DNA from: a virus
Strand: one strand, 5' to 3'
DNA: 64,000 nucleotides
IMG/VR virus record: IMGVR_UViG_3300022562_000354
Coordinates: 32,001 to 96,000 of that record
Both the position numbers and the translations under genes were made by a program. The notes beneath the pieces are model-generated. The model made no database searches, was not told the DNA's origin, and was given only the letters and a program-made list of their open reading frames with translations. Of this stretch, positions 34,571 through 42,700 are shown piece after piece (position 1 is the first letter of the stretch; every line of letters starts with the position of its first letter).

Positions 34571-37210
34571 TCAGCTTCTCCTGTTGAGGAGGTTCCCGGA
34601 CAGCCGGAATACGCTCGCTACGGTCGTGTTATCGAGAGCCAAGAATTTGATGCTGTTCTCAGCGTCAAATTCAGCCCACCGGACGAAGAGCACCAAGAAG
34701 AGTGTCCCCTTCTTCGCGAGAACGGAATCCGAGGTCGTCTCCATGACGGTTGGCATCACGACCTTGTGGATCCGCTCGTCAGAGAGCGGTTGACCAAAGG
34801 CGTTGGGCTTGTAGTCCGTTGGGACGCTCGGGAAGTAGGTCCGGTTTTCAATGTCCGCGTCGATGAGCGCACGGCCGAAGGTAACCGACTCTGGGTTCGG
34901 AACGTACGGAACCACGGAGGTCGTCCTCAAGAGGCCGGTCGTCGCGTTGAAGTCTGCCACGAAGACCCCAAGGTCTCCGTCCAGCTCATGCTCCCCAGAG
35001 AACCCGCCACCGACCTTGATGATGCCGCCCGTCTGTACGTACGCGAACGGGTACGGGTAGCCCTCGCCTTGAGAACCTGAACCCGTGGTGATCGAGTAGA
35101 GGAAGGGGGAGATCCAACGAGGGATCAACGTGAGGCTTGTACCAAGAAGGGCCGAGCGCACTGTTTGAGCGGCTCTCGCTTGGTAGTAGATCGTCATCTG
35201 AACGCCGGACTGAGGCATCGGACGGATGGCCTCATAGTCCACGTCGATGATCTGACCGGGCGCCGCACCAGGGGCGTTGAGCGTCAAGTAGCGCCCGTCA
35301 GCCGTAAGGGAGCCACCCGAACCAGCCAAGGGGACACCATCCACGCGGACTTGGGTGAGCGACTGAACCCTCTCCGGCAGGATGTACTTGTCCGAGCTTC
35401 CCTCGGTCGACTCCGATGATATCGACACGCTCTGCCCAAGCGTCCTGTACTGGAGCTGGACCTCGCGATGAGCTTTGTCGATCGCTTGGGTCTGCATCAT
35501 GCTCCACGCCACGGGATCGGTTCCGGGGAGAGCAGGGAGACCTGGGTTGTTGATGTAGAAGCTGTCCGCCCCGAAGTCGTCCGTTGGCGTCTTGGTGAGC
35601 CCGTTTCCGGGCGGGTAGCCGATGAGCAAGTCAATGTACATCGGCTCGATCGTCAAGCCAGGAATCGGAGGCTCCCCGAGCGTGATGGTGATGGTGCCAG
35701 GGGGGTACGTCCCAAGACCCTCGATGCTCACAATGGGGAAGGGTTGGCGTCCTGTCAGCGTGGTCGCCTGCGTAAAACCGACCTCCAACGCTTTCTGAAC
35801 CGCAAGGGTGCCGTGGATGCGAGCCCCAAGAACGTCTACGATTCTCGTGCCGGTTGGCGCACGGGAGATGAATCCGATGGTCCCTGGGAACGGGAACTGA
35901 GAGATGGCAGCCGGATTGATCGTGACCGTTGTGCCCGTTTGCCAAAACGCATCGGAGACGCCTGGATCGCCAGGGGCGATCATGAACGTCATGACCTCGT
36001 AGATGACACGGTCCGAGAAGAACCGGCGCGAACAGTCGAACTGGCCGATGAACTCGGCCCCCGGCGTGTCACCCGTGAGGACACCGTCTCCAGGGAGGGA
36101 GCCTATCTCGTCCGCAAAGAAGACCGTGTGCCCGTGGACACCGCCTCCAAGCGACGTGACCTCCCATTCCGTCTTGAGGGCGTTGTCGAGGAGGTATTGA
36201 AAGTTCTTCTCCCCGACTTCGTTGTACGAGCCCCAGCCCGTAGGGGACACCGCCTGACGAAGATCCGCGATATCCTTGAGGACGAAGATGTCGTGGAAGA
36301 GACCGTCCGGACGATCTGAGGGGCCGGGGGTGGCCACCCCTCCGTTGTGGTTCAAGTTTCGGGAGAATGCCGTTGTGTTGCGCCGGAACACCCCGACAAG
36401 GGGGATGGCGTACATGTAGCCGTCGACAGTCCCCAAACCGTTGGCGGGGTTTCCGTCCCCAGCCACCCAAAGACCAGGATCCCCGTTGGCGCTCTGACTC
36501 GCGTACGTGAACGCCGTGGCGGCCCCGTCAGGGGTACCAGCGTTAGGCGGCACCGTGTTGGCGACAACCACGGGATCATCAATCCCAAAGGGATAGGCGA
36601 AAAGGTCGATCCCAGTGATGACCCTCAGACGGTATTGAATTTGAACACGTTTCGTGGTTTCGGAACCGACCACTCCGTCGAGGATGTCGTCGGCGTAGTT
36701 GAGAACCGCGTCATCCGCTGCCTGAATCTTGACGTTGCCGTTTCGCCAGATACGACCCGTCTGACTCTTGCCGTCCGTGTTCGGAGACGCGGAGAGCAGC
36801 ATCCGCCAGACTTCAAGGATGACGATGTCCGACCTCTTGGCGCCATCCCCCGAAGGTCCGGCTCCAAGGTTGAGCAAGTTCGTCGTCGTACTGCCCGTGT
36901 AGGCGACCGTGATAGGCCACCCGTTGACAAGAGCCTTGAGGTTGTTGGCAAGGACCAGCGTGTTCGCAACGACCGAAGGGACGAAAATGGCGTTGGCCGT
37001 GTCCGAGGTGTTGAGCGGGTCATGGGTCAACCACCCCGAAGGGGAGAGCCGCCTTACCGCTTCGAGGACTCCTCCGAGGTCGATGTCCTCGGAAAGATTC
37101 AGCTCCTTGTCGAGAACTGGCTTGCCGGCCTGAAAGGCAACGGTCTCGAAGGAACGGCCATCGGGATCGAGGTACCCTGAAACCGCAGGGCCGAAATTCT
37201 TAGAACCCAT
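34571..37210 (-). CDS. Tail fibre/baseplate protein with a DUF6519/DUF4815-like N-terminus
   Basis: 879 aa. VAFQAGKPVLDKELN, DIVILEVWR, ETTKRVQIQYRLRV, GDPGLWVAGDG...LGTVDGYMYAIPL; paralogue of 19769-24334. Confidence 0.75.
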   Translation of the reverse strand: MGSKNFGPAVSGYLDPDGRSFETVAFQAGKPVLDKELNLSEDIDLGGVLEAVRRLSPSGWLTHDPLNTSDTANAIFVPSVVANTLVLANNLKALVNGWPITVAYTGSTTTNLLNLGAGPSGDGAKRSDIVILEVWRMLLSASPNTDGKSQTGRIWRNGNVKIQAADDAVLNYADDILDGVVGSETTKRVQIQYRLRVITGIDLFAYPFGIDDPVVVANTVPPNAGTPDGAATAFTYASQSANGDPGLWVAGDGNPANGLGTVDGYMYAIPLVGVFRRNTTAFSRNLNHNGGVATPGPSDRPDGLFHDIFVLKDIADLRQAVSPTGWGSYNEVGEKNFQYLLDNALKTEWEVTSLGGGVHGHTVFFADEIGSLPGDGVLTGDTPGAEFIGQFDCSRRFFSDRVIYEVMTFMIAPGDPGVSDAFWQTGTTVTINPAAISQFPFPGTIGFISRAPTGTRIVDVLGARIHGTLAVQKALEVGFTQATTLTGRQPFPIVSIEGLGTYPPGTITITLGEPPIPGLTIEPMYIDLLIGYPPGNGLTKTPTDDFGADSFYINNPGLPALPGTDPVAWSMMQTQAIDKAHREVQLQYRTLGQSVSISSESTEGSSDKYILPERVQSLTQVRVDGVPLAGSGGSLTADGRYLTLNAPGAAPGQIIDVDYEAIRPMPQSGVQMTIYYQARAAQTVRSALLGTSLTLIPRWISPFLYSITTGSGSQGEGYPYPFAYVQTGGIIKVGGGFSGEHELDGDLGVFVADFNATTGLLRTTSVVPYVPNPESVTFGRALIDADIENRTYFPSVPTDYKPNAFGQPLSDERIHKVVMPTVMETTSDSVLAKKGTLFLVLFVRWAEFDAENSIKFLALDNTTVASVFRLSGNLLNRRS

Positions 37211-37259
37211 CTCAGAGGATCTCCTCGATTGAACGATTACCTACGGGGTGGGTCATGGC

Positions 37260-37931
37260 TCAGAAGCTCAGTCGCCAGACGATCTCCAGCGTCGAGGTGG
37301 CGGGCTTGTTAATGACGGGGAACGTGAGGTAGTTCACCAAGGTCTCTTTGGTGGTCAGGTCTTCCAGCGGGTCGTAGGGACCGTTCGGCGGGAGGACCGG
37401 GTTACGCACGGACATGTTGGTCGAGATGTTGCCCCCGATGAGGCCCATCTCGACCAGAGGGCCGACCGCCTCTGACTCCGTGTAGATGGTTGTGAAGTCC
37501 ACCACGGGGGTCGGGATAGCGGTCGGGACGCCGGCTGCGTCGATGAACTGGGTGTTGGCGAAGGTCTTGCGCGTCAGCTCGGAATAGAGAGAGCGTTGCG
37601 TCGTAGACGGAGCCGGTGGAGCCAAGGGGTTCCACCCGATGTCCCCAGTGCCCATGGCGAGAACGTAGATCCCTTGGGGCGGCTCCTCGTTGTCCTTCAT
37701 GAGCCGAGCGACGAGGATCGAAGCATCCTTGACGATGATGTTCCGTAGTTCCCGGCGATCTTGAAGAGCCCCCGTCTTACCGTCGCGCAGCGTCATGAAG
37801 ACGTCGCCACGAATACCAGGGGCTTTCTCCTCGAACCGCGACTTCAGATGCCCGAAGAAGCGGGAAGCTACGCGGGAAAACCTCTCGTCCAGTTTCATGT
37901 TCATCTTCTCCGGGTCTGCGTTGCAGCTCAC
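37260..37931 (-). CDS. Tail fibre attachment/baseplate protein (DUF3751-like)
   Basis: NIIVKDAS, LAMGTGD, LYSELTRK, EAVGPLVEMGLIG, LTFPVINK...LEIVWRLSF. Confidence 0.7.
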   Translation of the reverse strand: MSCNADPEKMNMKLDERFSRVASRFFGHLKSRFEEKAPGIRGDVFMTLRDGKTGALQDRRELRNIIVKDASILVARLMKDNEEPPQGIYVLAMGTGDIGWNPLAPPAPSTTQRSLYSELTRKTFANTQFIDAAGVPTAIPTPVVDFTTIYTESEAVGPLVEMGLIGGNISTNMSVRNPVLPPNGPYDPLEDLTTKETLVNYLTFPVINKPATSTLEIVWRLSF

Positions 37932-37958
37932 GAATGGAGCTTCAACACACCGGAGAAG

Positions 37959-37970
37959 CTATAAGAAAAA
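37959..37970 (-). promoter_or_regulatory. T-rich TTTTTCTTATAG element (candidate late promoter)
   Basis: Intergenic, about 28 nt upstream of start 37931. Confidence 0.45.
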
Positions 37971-37973
37971 CCG

Positions 37974-39722
37974 TCAGATGGTTTCCAGCTCCTCGGCAAG
38001 CCCCAAAGTCTCGGTCAGGTGAACACCAAGTGCAGTTTCAACACCCTCAGCGAAGCTCATTGCCTCAGCCAAATTGACCTGGACGACCGTTTCACCCGGT
38101 ACCAGGTCGAAGTCCTCCGTGAAGGCCATCGTCTCGCCGACGTCCGTACTCGTGCTAGCTACGGTCCCAAGACTCTCGGTGAGGTGGAGAATCTCGGCTG
38201 GGTTGATGTAGTGGCGCCGTAGCGTCGTGACAGACGGCGGGAACGGAGAGAGGTTGTCAGCCGTCGTGAAGGCGTAGGGCGGGGATGGATTGCCGTCGAA
38301 CAAGACCCACGTGGTCGCATTCAAGAGCGACACATCCTCGGGCAAGTGGACTTGCGTAAGGGTGAACGTGGCCCCAATGTCGATCGGCGGTGGGAGCGCA
38401 TCCTCTTCCGCATCGGATAGATTGAGCTTGGCTTCCCCGAGACGATAGAACCCAGCGAAAAGAATCGACGTATTGAGGTTCGTCGCAACAGGCGTGGGGA
38501 CCACGCCGCCGCCGTGAGTGAAGAGCGGGGGCGGGTCAACTGGTTGTGGGAACGTGTACTTGTCGAAGGCTTGCGTACACGTATCAACCTTGTCGACTTG
38601 AATCGACGAGGTAGCCGCTCCGCCCGTCTTGAGGGAGGGTGAGAAGAAGACCAACCCCTCGGGGTTCCCAAAGAGGCTGCGAACCCCAGGATCGACACTG
38701 GCAACAGGAAGATCCGGTAGAACATCCAACCCCTCTTGGAGTAGGACGGCTTCCGAAAGGCTCATCTCGACGGTCGAGCGCCCATCCGGGTTCTTGGTGA
38801 TGTTGAGCTTCTCGATGAAGGGGATCGTCTCGGTTAGCTGGACCGCGTGTTGGGTCTTGTTGTCAAACCCAGAGTTGGTGACCAGCAGATCCTCAGATAG
38901 AGTCAGGTACTCCGCCAAGGCGTTCGGATCTTCAGGTCCAAACCGTTGGGCATCGACGATGACCGAGACCGCCTCTTCAATGCGGACGATTTCGGATAGG
39001 TCAGGCCCTTTGGACTTGATCGCCCGTACTTCCCCAGTGAATAGGGTCAGGGGGACCGAAGTACGTAGCAGCGTCTTCGACCACGTGAATACTTTGGTCG
39101 GAGGGAGAACCACCAACCCATCGGATGTGGTGACATTGGAGGAAACCGTCACCACGTGCGGGATGCTGGGAACCAACGAATCGACGGTCAGAACCACGCG
39201 GGTAGCGTCCGACCCCTTGTTTGGAGTCGCATCCGTGACCGTCACGGACGTACCATCTACCGTTTGGACCGTGTAGTTGGACGGATCCGTCAAGGCGCTG
39301 TCCACCAACATGGGCTGGTGGAAGACGAGGTTGATTCGAGTAGCGCTGAGAGGGCGAGCTATGAAACGAGAGGCGACCGGGAAGCCAGTAAAGTCGGCCG
39401 TGTTGTAGAGGGGGTCGACCGTAACGAGGTCAAGACCTTCCACATCCGGCGATACCGTGACCGTGTAGGGCTCGAAATTCTGCTCGGTGGTGATGACCCG
39501 GATGGAGTTGGGGTCCGAGTCCGCAACGACACGGAGAGCCGTGAGACTGCCACTGAAGTCGTAATTGGCAACGTCCAGGGTGGCGGCGGCCGTCAGATCG
39601 ATGGGCGCCGTGAAGGTGATAACCACCGTGAAAGGGTTGATGGACGTGGCCCCGAGGACCGCGAAAAGAGTCCCTCCACCACCGAAGGGTCCACCACCGT
39701 AAGGGCCGCTACCGTAGGACAT
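37974..39722 (-). CDS. Virion protein with Ig-like domains and beta-strand repeats
   Basis: 582 aa. N-terminal YGSGPYGGGPFGG; two Ig-like domains; about 8 repeats such as LTETIPFIE, LAEAMSFAE, LTETLGLAE. Confidence 0.72.
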   Translation of the reverse strand: MSYGSGPYGGGPFGGGGTLFAVLGATSINPFTVVITFTAPIDLTAAATLDVANYDFSGSLTALRVVADSDPNSIRVITTEQNFEPYTVTVSPDVEGLDLVTVDPLYNTADFTGFPVASRFIARPLSATRINLVFHQPMLVDSALTDPSNYTVQTVDGTSVTVTDATPNKGSDATRVVLTVDSLVPSIPHVVTVSSNVTTSDGLVVLPPTKVFTWSKTLLRTSVPLTLFTGEVRAIKSKGPDLSEIVRIEEAVSVIVDAQRFGPEDPNALAEYLTLSEDLLVTNSGFDNKTQHAVQLTETIPFIEKLNITKNPDGRSTVEMSLSEAVLLQEGLDVLPDLPVASVDPGVRSLFGNPEGLVFFSPSLKTGGAATSSIQVDKVDTCTQAFDKYTFPQPVDPPPLFTHGGGVVPTPVATNLNTSILFAGFYRLGEAKLNLSDAEEDALPPPIDIGATFTLTQVHLPEDVSLLNATTWVLFDGNPSPPYAFTTADNLSPFPPSVTTLRRHYINPAEILHLTESLGTVASTSTDVGETMAFTEDFDLVPGETVVQVNLAEAMSFAEGVETALGVHLTETLGLAEELETI

Positions 39723-39728
39723 GCTTCA

Positions 39729-42700
39729 TCACGGGGTTGGATCGATCAAGAAGTCGACGTTCCCTGTCTCGACGTTCTTGATGAGTTGGTACACGTGGTA
39801 GTCCCCGTCGAGGAAGTCGAAGGGGATCGCTCCGAGAGTCGTGTTGGAATTGAGATCGAGGAGGCGCACCTCTCTGTCCCCAAGCGGGGTACTCACGAAG
39901 GCCAAGGCGGCGGTGAGCCCGAAGGCATTGAACCCGAAACGAACGCCCGTGTCTCCTGTCCCCGCTGTCGCATCGTTCAAGAGCTTGAGCCGGAAAGTGA
40001 CCTTGGTGCTCAGACCTACAGGGTCCGTAAGCGGCGTGTGGTTGCGGTAGATCGTGTTCGTCGAATTGGACGTGGAGTACGTCAAAATCGACGAGAAGGC
40101 ATTGGCCGAGACCCCACCGGGGTCATCGGACTCCAAAATCCAGGGCGTATGAAAGCCGGGGTCGTTCTCCGGGAGAACGTCGGCGTTGTAGACCGCACAG
40201 ACTTCCTTCGTCCAGTTGAGCTTGAGGACGATGGGGTTGTACTCGTCCGAGAACGGAGCCACATGGTCCTCTTCGCCCTCGGTCTGCTCGAAGACATCGA
40301 GGCAGTTGTAGAGGACATCATCCGGGACGATGAGACGGACCTTTGTGGTGGCGTCGTTCGTTACGAAGTCCCCATCGTTGTTGAGAACGTCCTCCGGCTT
40401 GTTCAAACCCGAGACGAACTCAAACGTGGGCGTCGGCCTCCGTACCTCATAGGTCTGGGTAGAGGGGACCAACGGGGTGCCCTCGTTGAGCCGCGTGAAG
40501 GCGATAGCCCCCACGTTCTCCACGTACTCGTTCCAAGGGTACGGGATGCCCGTAGAGGAGGAGCTGAATTGCGTGTGGTCGTGAGCGATGGACCCGAAGA
40601 GGTGCTCCGGGGACGACATGACGTTTCGCTGGTTCAGGAATTGGTGATGCGGAACGATGCGCATCTCTGTTGGGGACCTTGTCACTCCGTAGCGAACGAA
40701 GTCCCAGCTCGTCTGAGAGATGTTCGCGGGGTCAAAGGCTCCCCACGTGATCGAGGCTAGGCCGTTGTTGATGGCCCACGGGATCCCCAACTTGTTGGAC
40801 GGCAGTACCACTTCGCTGTAATCGACCCGGATGATCGGTGTGGGGTTCGTGTCAAAGAGGAGTGACACCGAACCCCCTGGGTCTTTCACGAGCCGATAGC
40901 GGTGGGGGGAGGTCCAATCGGTTTCGTCTGGGATGCGGTAGGCGACCTCACTCGGGATGGTCGGGAAGACCCCCGAGATCGTCAAGGTGGTGGACCCGAC
41001 ACCTACGACTTCGTAGACTCCCTTGTTGGAGCCAACGTCGATCACCAGGTCCGACCCGGCGACAACCCCCGCTGTTGCGAAGTCAGCCGTTGGGTCGGTC
41101 AGAACGTTACCGGCAACGGAGGCGTGCCCCGAAGCCAGCAAGGGAAGGTGGTACCCGATCAGAGAATCGGAGTCGGACCCCTTCCAGATGCCCACGTACT
41201 TACGCACCCCGCTCGTCGGCTGCGCTCGCCAGACGTTGAAGTAGTGCCAATCGACCACGGACTTCGCAGAAACGCTGGCCCCGGTAGAGGAACCAAACGA
41301 GATGGTCGGCGTCCCCAAAGATGCGATGAACGACGTGTAGGGGTAGTTCCCGAGCAGGTCATCGTCGATGAAGAGCGAGACCAGGTCCCCCGTTGTATTT
41401 TTGACGATTCGATAAACGTGAGCCTGCCCGTCGCCCCAGTTGAAAGTGAACTCCGAACCGGGACCAAGCAACGTGCCGTCTGAATGGAAGGCGACCTTCT
41501 TGACCCCGGCGTCCTCACGCAAAAGCAGACCGATGGCTCGATCCCCATCAAAGATGTCGATGGTCGCACCGCAGAACCCAACGGGTGTGGCGTCGTTGAC
41601 GAACGAGACCACCTGGAGCTTGAACTCCCCGTAGTAGTCGATCGCCGGAGCAACGATCCGGTCGGGGGACGCGAGCCCCTCCGTGTCCTCCACGTAGTAC
41701 ACCCGCCCGTCTGCGAGCGAGGTGTCCGAGATCCTCAAGATCCGACCCTGCATGGTCGCGGAGGCGTTCCCCAAAGAGGACCATGCGTCGGGGGTCGCGT
41801 CTCCAGGGAGGGACCGCCCAGGGTAGCTCACCTTTGGTTGCGCTAAAGTGGGGAAGAAGCTGAGTTGAATCAGCCGAACCCCATCGTCGATGGCGATCAT
41901 CACGGCATGCGGATCGATCCCATGCGTGTAGGTTCGCAGTTGGACATCCACGTCCAGAACCACGTCGGCGGAGATTTGGATCAGAGGTTCGATCCTCGTG
42001 AACCCCCGGAAGTCTCCCCCTACCAGCCCGGCATCTTGTGTCGTGGCCGAGGTTGAATCGAGGAGGAGTTGACCCCCTGATAGGAGCGTCTCGTTACCGT
42101 GGTACCCAATAGGCGTCCACGGGTAGATGGCGTCCTCGGGGGTGGCAGAACCCTCGTAGGAGACGAAGACCGAGGGCGTGGACTGGGTGGGGTTCGTGGG
42201 GAGAACGAGGTATCGGAATACGTCCCAGAGGCTCTCATTCTCCGCCTGGCGGTCGAGAGAGCCGAAGTAGACCCCTTGGAGCTGGTCGAAGGGGTCATTC
42301 AATTCCTCCAAGAAGGGAAGCTCGTCGTCAAAAATCCGAAGGGACTCGACGACTTCCCCATCTACAAAGAGCTTTACGATCCCATCCCGACCTCGGAAGA
42401 ATCGGTAGCTGTGTAGGACGGACCAGTCGAAGTCGAACGGAAGCCCCGAAGGGTCATCGTTCGCAAGGATCCCTCCCGACCACGCGGATAGATCCGCCAG
42501 TTTGTTCCCGAACCCCCGCTTTAGGAACCCGAGCTTGCGGGTGCCCCCGTCGTCCAAGTAGCCGAGCACGACCGCCTTCTGGTCGTCGCTCCAACCTACA
42601 GCGATGCCCGTGAAAACCCCGTTGGGGGTTGCCGTGTTGACCTTCATACGCCACGTAGCCGCGAACACGTGGGAGAAGGTCAGGTCGACGGCTCGGGTCC

